A stretch of 64,000 nt of DNA. Origin: a bacterium. Lineage in GTDB: Bacteria > Hydrothermota > UBA3073 > JACQXS01. Within the stretch, counting starts at the first letter, position 1. Every line of letters begins with the position of its first letter. Shown here one piece after another: positions 9,386 to 18,497 of this stretch. A program made the position numbers and the translations under genes. A model generated the notes under the pieces. That model made no database searches and was not told the DNA's origin. It saw nothing but the letters and a program-made list of their open reading frames with translations. The DNA is taken from positions 6,681-70,680 of the forward strand of contig JAUWHX010000093.1 of assembly GCA_030605695.1 (NCBI GenBank), in the 5' to 3' direction.

Positions 9386-11021
9386 GTCAAAATTAATTGA
9401 GTATTTTAGAAAAATGAATAAGTCAAAGTTAATTGAGTATTTGAAAAAGCCTTTAACTGGTGAACAGAAAGCATTAGGATTAGATATAGGAACTCGTCAT
9501 ATAAAGCTTGCCCAGATAAAGAAAATCCCAGGAGGTTATTTGCTTGAAAAATATGGAATAATAGAATTACCCCCAGAAGCAATCGTTGACAGAGAAATCA
9601 TGGACAGAGAAGTTCTCATTGAAAGTCTGAGAAAAATAATAGAAGATAACGGAGTTGAGGAAAAAAAGGTATCTACTGTTATATCTGGGAAAAATGTTAT
9701 TATTAAAAAACTTCTTGCTAAATCCCCCAAAAAACGAGAAGAGAAAAAAGTGTTTGAATCTCTTGCAAAAGAAAATATCCCATTTGACCTTAAAGAAGTT
9801 GTAATAGACTTCAAAAAGTTAAGAGAAAAAGACGAGGACATCGAGCTTGTTCTTGTTGGAGCAAAAAATGAAGTCCTTTATCCTTTAATAGATGTTTTGA
9901 AAGAAGCATCTCTTTTGCCTTGTAATATTGACATACCACCTTTTATTCTTAAATCCGCTTACCAAAAATATATACCTGAGGAAGGCACTTGCCTTTTAGT
10001 AAACATTGGGTTTGAACATGTATTAATAATGGCTGTCCGAGATGGAAATTATCTATTTGATGACGAAATTCCTATGGGAGTCCGCACTTTTATTGAAGAA
10101 ATTCAAAGAATATGCGGAATCGGAGCTAAGGAAGCAACCGCAGTGCTTCAGGGAGAAGAAGTTCAGGATGTAAAAGAAAAAGATATTGAGCGAGCAAAAA
10201 ACACTACAATTAAAAGGTTGTTATCCAGAATAGAGAGATTGTTACCAGAAATCTCCGAATGGAAACTTATCATTTTAGGTGGTGGTGGAGCAGGTATTCC
10301 AGGAATTCAAGAAACTTTCGCAGAAAAATTTAATACAAGTTGCGAAATCGGAAACCCTTTAAAAGAAATAGAATGTGGAGAAACTCCCCCAGATTACCCA
10401 CATCAACTTGATATTGCAATCGGATTAGCCATATCAAAACTTGAGAATACAGGAGTCAATCTCTTGCCACTTGAAGAGAGAGTAGAAGAAAAAAACAAAA
10501 TTCTCCAGGCACTTGACCAAGGGCTCCCTTTTTATAGTTTTATTGGAAGTGTTTTTATCCTCTCACTTATAGTATTTGGGATAACGAAAAAACAGCATAG
10601 AATTGAGAAAGAAATTGAGGATATGAAAACTCAACAAGAAGCACTTATACCTAAAGTAAATGAAGCTCGTGAACTAATGGGAAAAGAAAAGGAAGTAAGA
10701 ACCAAAGTGAAAGTTATACAAGATTTATCTATGCATAAGTATACGAGGGTTAAATTATTGGATGAAATAAATCACCTACTTCCTGAATATACCTGGCTTG
10801 TAACTTTAAATGAGGAGTTAGCAGATTCAATTGGAGGTATTGGTATCTTACTTCGTGGAATTACAACTTCAAACTTTGCAGTATCTGAGTTCATGCGTCG
10901 CCTTGAAGATTCAAACTATTTTACTGAGGTTGAACTAAGCTATACAAAAAGAGGCGAGATTTCTGAAACTGAAACAACAGAATTTGAAATAAAATCAAGA
11001 TTCGAAGAATTCAAAAAGTAA
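9378..11021 (+). CDS. pilMN: PilM-PilN fusion (type IV pilus assembly inner-membrane platform)
   Basis: N-terminal actin-like PilM motifs (LGLDIGTRHIKLAQI...; ...ILGGGGAGIPGIQE). After residue about 375 there is one transmembrane helix followed by a PilN-like periplasmic region. The start overlaps the upstream stop by 8 nt. The 5' end carries a 33-bp tandem duplication (MDKSKLIEYFRK / MNKSKLIEYLKK). Confidence 0.75.
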   Translation: MDKSKLIEYFRKMNKSKLIEYLKKPLTGEQKALGLDIGTRHIKLAQIKKIPGGYLLEKYGIIELPPEAIVDREIMDREVLIESLRKIIEDNGVEEKKVSTVISGKNVIIKKLLAKSPKKREEKKVFESLAKENIPFDLKEVVIDFKKLREKDEDIELVLVGAKNEVLYPLIDVLKEASLLPCNIDIPPFILKSAYQKYIPEEGTCLLVNIGFEHVLIMAVRDGNYLFDDEIPMGVRTFIEEIQRICGIGAKEATAVLQGEEVQDVKEKDIERAKNTTIKRLLSRIERLLPEISEWKLIILGGGGAGIPGIQETFAEKFNTSCEIGNPLKEIECGETPPDYPHQLDIAIGLAISKLENTGVNLLPLEERVEEKNKILQALDQGLPFYSFIGSVFILSLIVFGITKKQHRIEKEIEDMKTQQEALIPKVNEARELMGKEKEVRTKVKVIQDLSMHKYTRVKLLDEINHLLPEYTWLVTLNEELADSIGGIGILLRGITTSNFAVSEFMRRLEDSNYFTEVELSYTKRGEISETETTEFEIKSRFEEFKK

Positions 11022-11054
11022 GATGGTATTTGTAGCATTTTAAAAGGAGGAGAA

Positions 11055-11582
11055 ATGAAGTATGCCAAATTTTCTGTTTCCTGCATTCTGTTTTCTATAT
11101 TCTTTATGGGGTGTAATGAGAAACAACCATTAGATGACCCGGACAATGCAATAGTATCAGGGTATGTATACAAACGCGCAACACCAACTGACTCTGTAAT
11201 TGATACAATCATAAGAGACACCGCGGGTATCCCAATAGAAACATTGTGGACATATATAGACTGGACATTTTCTGACCCTGCCGAAAGTGTCCAAGTTTGG
11301 ATAGAATCGGATATTACATCTCCACTTCCTTATGCTGGTCCGGATATAGATGGCTATAGCGATTCAACCGGATTTTACAGCATTCCAATATATCTGGGGC
11401 ATACAGCAGTGAAAGCTTGCGGAGGAGATATAGTCGGATATGAATATACTTACTTTGCGGATGCCAGAGTCTTTGTGTTATATAAGGGTTTCATCTATGA
11501 CTTCGGTGGTGGCATAACTCTTGGCAGAGGAAGAGAATTTAGATTATTTCCTATATCTATTAGCTGGGTAAGACCACAATAA
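11055..11582 (+). CDS. Lipoprotein of unknown function inside the pilus-assembly operon
   Basis: Signal peptide with lipobox (FFMGC). AGGAGG RBS upstream. Confidence 0.5.
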   Translation: MKYAKFSVSCILFSIFFMGCNEKQPLDDPDNAIVSGYVYKRATPTDSVIDTIIRDTAGIPIETLWTYIDWTFSDPAESVQVWIESDITSPLPYAGPDIDGYSDSTGFYSIPIYLGHTAVKACGGDIVGYEYTYFADARVFVLYKGFIYDFGGGITLGRGREFRLFPISISWVRPQ

Positions 11583-11610
11583 ATGGAGTAACACAATAAA
11601 AGGAAATTAA

Positions 11611-12141
11611 ATGACAAGACCTCGCAGAATTTTAGTCTCGTGTTTGATTGTTATTCTTGTTTTCTTGGGCTTTTATAACTTCTTAATTAGACCGAAAATT
11701 AATCAAATACGTCTCCTCAACAAAAAACATGAGGATACAGCAAAAGTACTCAACAGTTCCTTTGAATATATAAAGAAGTATACGGATGTAAAGATGGCGT
11801 TTGAACATATCTCACATCAATGGAAAATACTTGAAAAATGTCTTCCAGATGAAGAAGAAATGCCCAACCTTCTTCGCTCTATGTCTGATGCAGGAAAGAG
11901 AAGTAATGTTAAGTCTATTCTTTTCAGACCACTTGCTAAAATTCCAAAGGATTTTTATCAAGAAAACCCTATCCAGGTAAAGACAACTTCTGGATACCAC
12001 GAAATTGGAACATTCTTGTCAATGATATCTGAACTGCCAAGACTTGTAAATGTAAGCAACCTTATGCTTGTATCATCAGAAAGTACGGAAAGAACATTAA
12101 AAGCAGAATTTATCGCTACGGCATATACAACAAAAAAATGA
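11611..12141 (+). CDS. pilO: PilO-like pilus assembly protein
   Basis: N-terminal transmembrane helix, coiled-coil, and a PilO-like C-terminal domain (...TSGYHEIGTFLSMISELPRLVNVSNLMLVS..). The stop codon TGA overlaps an ATG at 12138. Confidence 0.6.
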   Translation: MTRPRRILVSCLIVILVFLGFYNFLIRPKINQIRLLNKKHEDTAKVLNSSFEYIKKYTDVKMAFEHISHQWKILEKCLPDEEEMPNLLRSMSDAGKRSNVKSILFRPLAKIPKDFYQENPIQVKTTSGYHEIGTFLSMISELPRLVNVSNLMLVSSESTERTLKAEFIATAYTTKK

Positions 12142-12160
12142 ATACAGCAAAACTTAATTT

Positions 12161-12195
12161 CTCTTGTCTCTTGTCTCTTGTCTCTTGTCTCCTGT
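12161..12195. repeat. (CTCTTGT)4 + CTCCTGT heptanucleotide tract in the leader of the PilP-like gene
   Basis: Direct reading gives ctcttgt ctcttgt ctcttgt ctcttgt ctcctgt. It lies between the ATGA-coupled ATG at 12138 and the body of the downstream ORF. Confidence 0.85.
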
Positions 12196-12952
12196 CTATG
12201 GAGCAGAAGTAACCAGAATAAAGATTAAAAAAGTAGGTGAGTGTGTAAAAGTAATTGTATCTACTGACGCATCGCAATATAAAGATACAGTGCTTCACAA
12301 TCCTCAGAGAATAGTAATAGACTTTAAAAAATCATTTTCTCGTTTGCCAAAAGAGATAACTTCTTCATACCTTCCACTCTTAAAAATCAGAACCTCTCAA
12401 TATACAATAAATCCACCTACCACAAGAGTAGTGCTTGACCTTAAGAACAAAATCACTCATTCAATCTCTCTAATTAAAGGAGGATTAGAAATTAATCTTG
12501 GCAAAAAGATTCAGCCATCCCAAAAAGAATTGCCCATAAAACCCAAAGTAGAATCAAAAAAGGAACCAAAAGTAAAACCAACCAAAAAACCAAAAGTCAA
12601 ATTAACAGAGGAAATCAAAAAAACATCTGAACTACCTTCAGGACCAGAAGCTTTCTTCTATAATCCAAGAGGAAAGCGTGACCCATTTAGACCCTATCTG
12701 GGTGCCGATGTAAAGGATACTCTCCTTGATATAGGAACTGCAGCAATTGTTGGAATAATGTGGAGCCCCAAGGAAAAATATGCATTGGCACAGGACTCTC
12801 GAAATAGAGCATATATACTTCAGGAAGGAGACCATGTAAGCGGTGGAAAGGTCCTTCATATAAAAAAGAAAGAAGTGATTTTTCTTATGCGTGTTTTTGG
12901 AGGAAGAAAAAAAGTGATTTTGAAAGTAACACCAAAAAAGGAGGAAAAGTGA
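12164..12952 (+). CDS. AMIN-domain + PilP-like protein (secretin-associated); annotated from a TTG start
   Basis: AMIN-like segment (VTRIKIKKVGECVKVIVSTDAS...PQRIVIDFKKSF..), a Lys/Pro-rich linker, and a C-terminal PilP-like beta domain (..YALAQDSRNRAYILQEGDHVSGGKVLHIKKKEVIFL..). The upstream ATG at 12138 is out of frame by the heptamer tract. Confidence 0.55.
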   Translation: MSLVSCLLSPVYGAEVTRIKIKKVGECVKVIVSTDASQYKDTVLHNPQRIVIDFKKSFSRLPKEITSSYLPLLKIRTSQYTINPPTTRVVLDLKNKITHSISLIKGGLEINLGKKIQPSQKELPIKPKVESKKEPKVKPTKKPKVKLTEEIKKTSELPSGPEAFFYNPRGKRDPFRPYLGADVKDTLLDIGTAAIVGIMWSPKEKYALAQDSRNRAYILQEGDHVSGGKVLHIKKKEVIFLMRVFGGRKKVILKVTPKKEEK

Positions 12953-14151
12953 GAAAGTTCTTTATATTTTTAATTGTTTTTACACTAATTGTTCCTTCCA
13001 TTATGGGAGTTCAGAGAAACCGATTAATTTCTCTATCTTTCGAAAATGCAGATATACACACAGTCCTGCGTACATTTGCAAAACTTGGAGGTGTAAATGT
13101 TGTTGCATCTGAAGAAGTAACAGGAAAGGTTACATTACAACTTAAGTCAGTTCCCTGGGAACAAGCTTTCCAGACACTCCTACGAGTTCATGGCCTTACT
13201 TCAGTTGAAGAAAAAGGAATAATTGGAGTTATGACGATGGAGGAAAGCGAGAAACAAAAGCGAATTATCCCTCTTGAAACACGAATCTTTAGAATAAAAT
13301 ATGCAAAAGCAAAAAAACTTGAAACTACTATCTCCAGTATGCTTACAGAACGAGGCAAAATAAAAACCAATGAACGTACATCTTCACTAATTATTACAGA
13401 CATCCCAGACCTCCTTGATGAAATAGAAACTCTTATAGACATAATTGATACTCCAACTGCTCAGGTTATGATTGAGGCAAAAATAGTTGAAATAGATTAC
13501 AAAGCCGGGCGTGAACTTGGGATTGATTGGTGGGCTGGAGATGAAGAAAACCCCGCAAAAGATACATATTATGGAGGTGGAGTAAAAACCCCTATAGCTG
13601 AAAAAGGAAAATTTGTTTTTGGAACACTTCTTGATGGAATTAAAATAGAAGCTAAGCTTTCAATGCTTGAATCCCAAGATAAAGCTAATATACTCTCCCA
13701 ACCAAAAATTGCAGTTATGGATAATGAAGAAGCAATGGTCCTATCAGGAAAAAAGATTCCAATTATTACTCTTGACCGTGCAGGAAATAAAATTATAAAA
13801 TTTTATGATGTAGCTTTAAAACTCACTGTTACACCACATATAAACCCAGAAAATCAAGTTATGCTGGAGATTAATCCAGTAATTTCTGACCTTTCCTCTG
13901 AAGCTACTGTGGATGGTGGAATTATTATCCTCACAAGCGAAGTGCAAACTATCTTAATGGTAAATGATGGCCAAACTGCTGTAATTGCCGGTGTGATAAA
14001 AGAAAAAGAAAGCAAGGTCATCCGCGGAGTTCCGATATTATCAAAAATTCCTCTCATAGGAAGACTTTTTAAGTCAGTCTCTAAATCAAAAGATAAAACA
14101 GAACTTATGGTCTTCGTTACCCCGCATATCATCCCTATGGAAAAGAAATAA
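12949..14151 (+). CDS. pilQ: PilQ-type secretin, compact, with no AMIN domains of its own
   Basis: Signal peptide; secretin N-domain (LSFENADIHTVLRTFAKLGGVNVVASEEVTGKVTLQLKSVPWEQAF); C-terminal secretin domain (GVPILSKIPLIGRLFK...ELMVFVTPHII). Overlaps the upstream stop by 4 nt. Confidence 0.75.
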   Translation: MRKFFIFLIVFTLIVPSIMGVQRNRLISLSFENADIHTVLRTFAKLGGVNVVASEEVTGKVTLQLKSVPWEQAFQTLLRVHGLTSVEEKGIIGVMTMEESEKQKRIIPLETRIFRIKYAKAKKLETTISSMLTERGKIKTNERTSSLIITDIPDLLDEIETLIDIIDTPTAQVMIEAKIVEIDYKAGRELGIDWWAGDEENPAKDTYYGGGVKTPIAEKGKFVFGTLLDGIKIEAKLSMLESQDKANILSQPKIAVMDNEEAMVLSGKKIPIITLDRAGNKIIKFYDVALKLTVTPHINPENQVMLEINPVISDLSSEATVDGGIIILTSEVQTILMVNDGQTAVIAGVIKEKESKVIRGVPILSKIPLIGRLFKSVSKSKDKTELMVFVTPHIIPMEKK

Positions 14152-14268
14152 TTGGGGACCCAAATAAGAAACCACAAGATTTTATCTCTCTTGACAAAAC
14201 TAATTTAATCGTATATATTATTTGAACCTATGAACCTTTAAACTTTTAAACCCTTGAACCTTAAATCT

Positions 14269-15111
14269 ATGCCTCAACCAATTATCACCTTACTTACAGA
14301 TTTTGGTCTGTCTGATTCTTATGTTGGAGTAATGAAAGGAGTAATGCTCCAGATTAATCCAAACCTAAAATTTGTAGATATTACTCATGAAATTCCACAA
14401 GGTGATATAAAACGCACTGCTTTCAGACTCTTTACTGCTTACAAATACTTTCCCAAACAAACAATTCATCTTGTAGTAGTAGACCCTGGAGTTGGCACTA
14501 AAAGACATCCCATTATTGTTGAGACTCCTGATTATTATTTTGTGGGTCCTGATAACGGTATTTTCAGCTGGATATACTCTGAAGAGAATTTCAAAGTTTA
14601 TAAAATCAATGTAAATCAGCTAATGGCGGTCAACGGACAACAGACTATCTCAAACACATTTCATGGTAGGGACATTTTTGCTCCTACATCTGCCCGCTTA
14701 AGTTTAGGAACAGGACCAGAGGCGATGGGCAAGCAATTATCCAAATGGGTAGCATTCAAACTTCCGACTCCTGTGAGGAAGATAGGGACACGTCATGGCA
14801 TGTTCCTACAGGGCAAAGTTATTGACATTGACCGATTCGGCAATCTTATAACTAATATTTCACGAACACAGTGTAGGAACACGATTTATCGTGTCCCTTG
14901 TGGGAGCGAGGTCACCTCGCCTCTACATAAATTTGAGATTAAAATAGGAAATTATGTGATACGGAAACTCAAAACTTCTTATGAAGGAACTTCACCTATT
15001 GCCATATTTGGGAGTTCAGGATTTTTGGAAATTTCCCTATCAAATGGTAATTGTGCTAACTTCCTCCACGCAAAACCAGAAACAAAAATCACTATCCGAA
15101 TTTCAAAATGA
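14269..15111 (+). CDS. SAM hydroxide adenosyltransferase family protein (DUF62)
   Basis: N-terminus MPQPIITLLTDFGLSDSYVGVMKGV... is typical of the family. Start moved from the TTG at 14254 to the ATG at 14269. A 6-bp-stem hairpin (acacga-ttta-tcgtgt) followed by a gcgagg/cctcgc palindrome sits in-frame inside the CDS at about 14878-14920. Confidence 0.6.
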   Translation: MPQPIITLLTDFGLSDSYVGVMKGVMLQINPNLKFVDITHEIPQGDIKRTAFRLFTAYKYFPKQTIHLVVVDPGVGTKRHPIIVETPDYYFVGPDNGIFSWIYSEENFKVYKINVNQLMAVNGQQTISNTFHGRDIFAPTSARLSLGTGPEAMGKQLSKWVAFKLPTPVRKIGTRHGMFLQGKVIDIDRFGNLITNISRTQCRNTIYRVPCGSEVTSPLHKFEIKIGNYVIRKLKTSYEGTSPIAIFGSSGFLEISLSNGNCANFLHAKPETKITIRISK

Positions 15112-15232
15112 CGCAATTTAAGTTGTGGCAAAGAGTATGAAAATGTACTTATGCGGGAATTATGAGAGAGAAGGTATTTAAGACTTGACGAAATCAGAAA
15201 TTAGATTATTAAAATAGACGAAACTGGTAAAA

Positions 15233-16141
15233 ATGAAAAAGGGAATTAAAATAGTTATTTGTGCACTTATACTAATAATTATTTTTTTCTTTATGGGAAA
15301 ATGTTTTTACAGTAATTGGCAGCAAGTGTCTTTTAAAAATTTAAGATTTAATTGGTTGTTCATTATTATCTCATATTTTTTCTATGCTTGTATTCTTTTG
15401 TTGACTAGTTTTGCTTGGAAACTCGCTTTAGCTTGCGTAGGAGAGAAGATAAAATTTATGCAATCACTTTCTATCACTGCATTTTCTTTTCTGCTAAGAT
15501 ATGTTCCAGGGAAAATATGGGGAATGCTTGGCCAAGTATGGCTCACCAAGAAAGAAGGCGGAATTTCAGAAAAAAAGGGAGGAGTTTGCGTAATATTAAC
15601 AACAGTAATAAGCATATTGAGTGGATTGTTTTTAATCCTTATTATGTTTCCTTTTGTTTCTAAAAATAGATTCTCGTCAAATCTTTACTTTCTGTTTGCG
15701 ATTGTGCCTTTATTCTTTGTAATATTATATCCTCCCATATTTACAAAAGTGATAAATTTTGGATTGAAAATGTTTAAAAAAAAGGGTATAGAATTTGCGA
15801 TAGGATACAATCAAATATTAAAACTCTTATCTTTATACATTCTTTTATGGATTACTCAATGTATTGGAATATATTTTTTAATAGGGTCATTTTATTCAAT
15901 TAAACCATCATTTTTTATTTCTTTATGTGGTATATATCCTGCAGCATGGGTAATTGGATTCTTAAGTTTTATTACACCGGCAGGGCTGGGCGTACGAGAG
16001 GGAATACTGTCTTATCTTTTTAGTTTTTACCTCCCTACAAGTATTGGGATAATGACATCAGTTATTATAAGAATTTGGGGATTAATAGGAGAACTTATCT
16101 TTTTTGCAATTTTCGCAAGAAATATAAAAAGATATATATGA
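15233..16141 (+). CDS. Polytopic membrane protein, lysyl-phosphatidylglycerol-synthase transmembrane-region-like (flippase-like, UPF0104)
   Basis: Eight predicted hydrophobic helices; conserved ...ITPAGLGVREGILSYLF.. motif near the C-terminus. Confidence 0.45.
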   Translation: MKKGIKIVICALILIIIFFFMGKCFYSNWQQVSFKNLRFNWLFIIISYFFYACILLLTSFAWKLALACVGEKIKFMQSLSITAFSFLLRYVPGKIWGMLGQVWLTKKEGGISEKKGGVCVILTTVISILSGLFLILIMFPFVSKNRFSSNLYFLFAIVPLFFVILYPPIFTKVINFGLKMFKKKGIEFAIGYNQILKLLSLYILLWITQCIGIYFLIGSFYSIKPSFFISLCGIYPAAWVIGFLSFITPAGLGVREGILSYLFSFYLPTSIGIMTSVIIRIWGLIGELIFFAIFARNIKRYI

Positions 16142-16290
16142 AGAATTACATGGATGCGAATAGATAACTTGAGAATACTAAAGAAGGGGCTTCTGAAATC
16201 CAGAAAAAAATTAAGAAGGTAAAAATATTTTTGTGAAATATTTAAAACTTGACAAAGTCAGAGTTTTAGAGTATTTTAACAATAAGAGTT

Positions 16291-17559
16291 TTGATTTCGT
16301 GTTTCAAGGTTTTAATGAGGAAGCATGCCATGTTAAATTATAATAAACTACATAAGGTTTTGTTTTGTAAAGCGAAGGCATGGTTTATCATTATAGGAAT
16401 AATAGCTATACCTGAGGTTTTGAGAGCTGATTTAGATGTATTTATGGGTTGCAAATGTTGGTTAAATACAGGCACTCCAGGAGTATGGGAGAGGAAAATG
16501 GCATGGGATATTGGTCCTTACCCGGATAGTGTCTATGTCCACTCAAGTTTCTGCGACTTGGATAATGATGGAGATTATGATGCTTATGTTACTAGAGATG
16601 TCTCCCTTATAACCGCATTTGAGAATGTAGGATCTGATACAGCCCCGAATTGGCAAAGGAAACCTTCATGGGATTTCAACCCCTCTGATATGGGTTTAGT
16701 ATTTTGGGCTGATTTTATAGATATAGATGATGATGGTAAATGTGACCTAAGTGTTGCCGAGCATGATACTATTAAGTTTTATAAAAACACAGGGACAAGT
16801 CTTTTTGTATGGACAAGAGAATCTGCATGGGATATATATGTTGACGGGTGCAATCTCGGACATTCTTATGCTGATTTAGATAATGATGGAGATTATGATT
16901 TCATGGCAAGACTTTGGTTTGCACGTAAAATTAAGGCTTTTGAAAATATTGGCTCTATCACTAATCCAGTCTGGCAGGAGAAGCCGGTATGGGCTCCCAA
17001 TCCTGAGCCAGACCTCCTATCATTAGGTGACTTAGATGGAGATACGGATGTAGATATAATAGGGGGAGGAATATCATGGGCAACTTCTTTTGAAAATACA
17101 GGAACTATAACTAACCCTGTATGGACAGAAAGGTCTGGATGGTGCACTCCTGATGCACATAGACCCTTCTACCCAGAATTAATAGATATAGACTCAGATG
17201 GACCATCAGGGGTAGAAGAAAAGCATTTTGCGCCACATCAGAGATTTATTACTATTTATCCGAATCCTTTCACTCAAAAAACCGTTATTCGTGTTCGGTT
17301 TTCGTGTTTAGACCATCACGAACCACCAACACGAATCACGATTTATGATTTAGCAGGCAGATTGGTTAAATCTTTTCCCCATACGGGTCTTGAGACAATT
17401 CACAATTCATCCATAGGATCCGATGGACGATTTGCGATTCACAAAGTAACCTGGGACGGAACCGATAATAATGGAAAGAAAGTAAAGAGTGGCATTTACT
17501 TCTGCAAATTCCAAGCAAACAATTATACAGTAACAAAAAAACTATCTTTAATAAAGTAG
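16291..17559 (+). CDS. FG-GAP/VCBS-repeat T9SS cargo protein
   Basis: Repeated DLDNDGDYD / DIDDDGKCD / DLDGDTDVD calcium-binding-type repeats. C-terminal domain: IYPNPFTQKTVIRVRF..ITIYDLAGRLVKSF...WDGTDNNGKKVKSGIYFCKF..KKLSLIK. Confidence 0.65.
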   Translation: MISCFKVLMRKHAMLNYNKLHKVLFCKAKAWFIIIGIIAIPEVLRADLDVFMGCKCWLNTGTPGVWERKMAWDIGPYPDSVYVHSSFCDLDNDGDYDAYVTRDVSLITAFENVGSDTAPNWQRKPSWDFNPSDMGLVFWADFIDIDDDGKCDLSVAEHDTIKFYKNTGTSLFVWTRESAWDIYVDGCNLGHSYADLDNDGDYDFMARLWFARKIKAFENIGSITNPVWQEKPVWAPNPEPDLLSLGDLDGDTDVDIIGGGISWATSFENTGTITNPVWTERSGWCTPDAHRPFYPELIDIDSDGPSGVEEKHFAPHQRFITIYPNPFTQKTVIRVRFSCLDHHEPPTRITIYDLAGRLVKSFPHTGLETIHNSSIGSDGRFAIHKVTWDGTDNNGKKVKSGIYFCKFQANNYTVTKKLSLIK

Positions 17560-17564
17560 TACAA

Positions 17565-18338
17565 ATGCAGAATTACATTATTGTTGACGAGATTGAAATT
17601 CCTGTTCCCAAATCTTCTGATTTTGGAGAATTTTTTTTCCTCGGTGGTATAAAATCTTACAAATATTTTTCAAACTATGTTGAAGGGAAAAATGTATTGG
17701 ATATTGGATGCGGTTACGGCTACGGCTCTTATTTTATGAGTTGGAAAGCTAAGAGAGTAACGGGGATTGACATCCAAAAAAAGCCAGTAGAGAGAGCTCG
17801 AAATGCTTATCAAAAAGATAATTTAGAATTCTTATTAATGGATGTGTTTAACTTGGAGCAAGAATTTTCAGGTAATTCTTTCGATGTAGTTATTGCCCGG
17901 GAGTTTATAGAACATATTAAAGAACCTTTAGAATTTCTACAAATAGCACATTATTTACTATCAGAAGAAGGAATCCTGATTTTATCAACTCCAAACCGTT
18001 TAGCAAGGTCAGTAGAAGGTAAGCCATGGAATCCTGAACATGTGAGAGAGTTCGATGAAATATCTTTAAGAGAAGTCCTTTTACAAAAATTTAATCGTGT
18101 GAAGATTATCGGGATGTCGGGGTCTGAAAAAGTAATCAAATACAATAAGATTCGTACAGGAGGAGACGTTTCTACTTCATTTAAAAAATTATGGAGATAC
18201 ACACCAGAGTTGTTAAAGAAACTGGTCAGAAAAATGATTAGCGGAAAACTTCCCAAAAATATCACGATTGATGATTTTTACTTCGAAGATAAAGTAATGC
18301 CTCAAAGCTTTTTGTTAGCAGCTTTTTGCAGAAAATGA
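17565..18338 (+). CDS. Class I SAM-dependent methyltransferase
   Basis: Motif I VLDIGCGYGYGSYFM, plus post-I acidic and motif II elements. The stop TGA overlaps the ATG at 18335 (ATGA). Confidence 0.7.
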   Translation: MQNYIIVDEIEIPVPKSSDFGEFFFLGGIKSYKYFSNYVEGKNVLDIGCGYGYGSYFMSWKAKRVTGIDIQKKPVERARNAYQKDNLEFLLMDVFNLEQEFSGNSFDVVIAREFIEHIKEPLEFLQIAHYLLSEEGILILSTPNRLARSVEGKPWNPEHVREFDEISLREVLLQKFNRVKIIGMSGSEKVIKYNKIRTGGDVSTSFKKLWRYTPELLKKLVRKMISGKLPKNITIDDFYFEDKVMPQSFLLAAFCRK

Positions 18339-18364
18339 GAGGGTCAAATAAGAATACAAAAGGT

Positions 18365-18373
18365 AAAAAAAAA
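18365..18373. repeat. Poly(A)9 homopolymer tract between the coupled ATG and the YfhO body
   Basis: Nine consecutive A counted directly (ggtAAAAAAAAAgctg). Confidence 0.9.
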
Positions 18374-18497
18374 GCTGAAAAGCTATTCAAGTCTGTCTCT
18401 AATCTCATTCCCGAAAAATACCATAAATAAAATATTTATAGCTATTCTGTTTATACTTCCCGTAATTTATTTCGCATCCCTGCTTTCCGGCTCTAAA

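Noticed and set aside
14254-14268. TTG start for the SAM hydroxide adenosyltransferase gene
   Set aside because: The family N-terminus begins at the in-frame ATG at 14269 (MPQPIITLLTDFG). The upstream TGAACCT repeats are more likely promoter or 5' UTR sequence.
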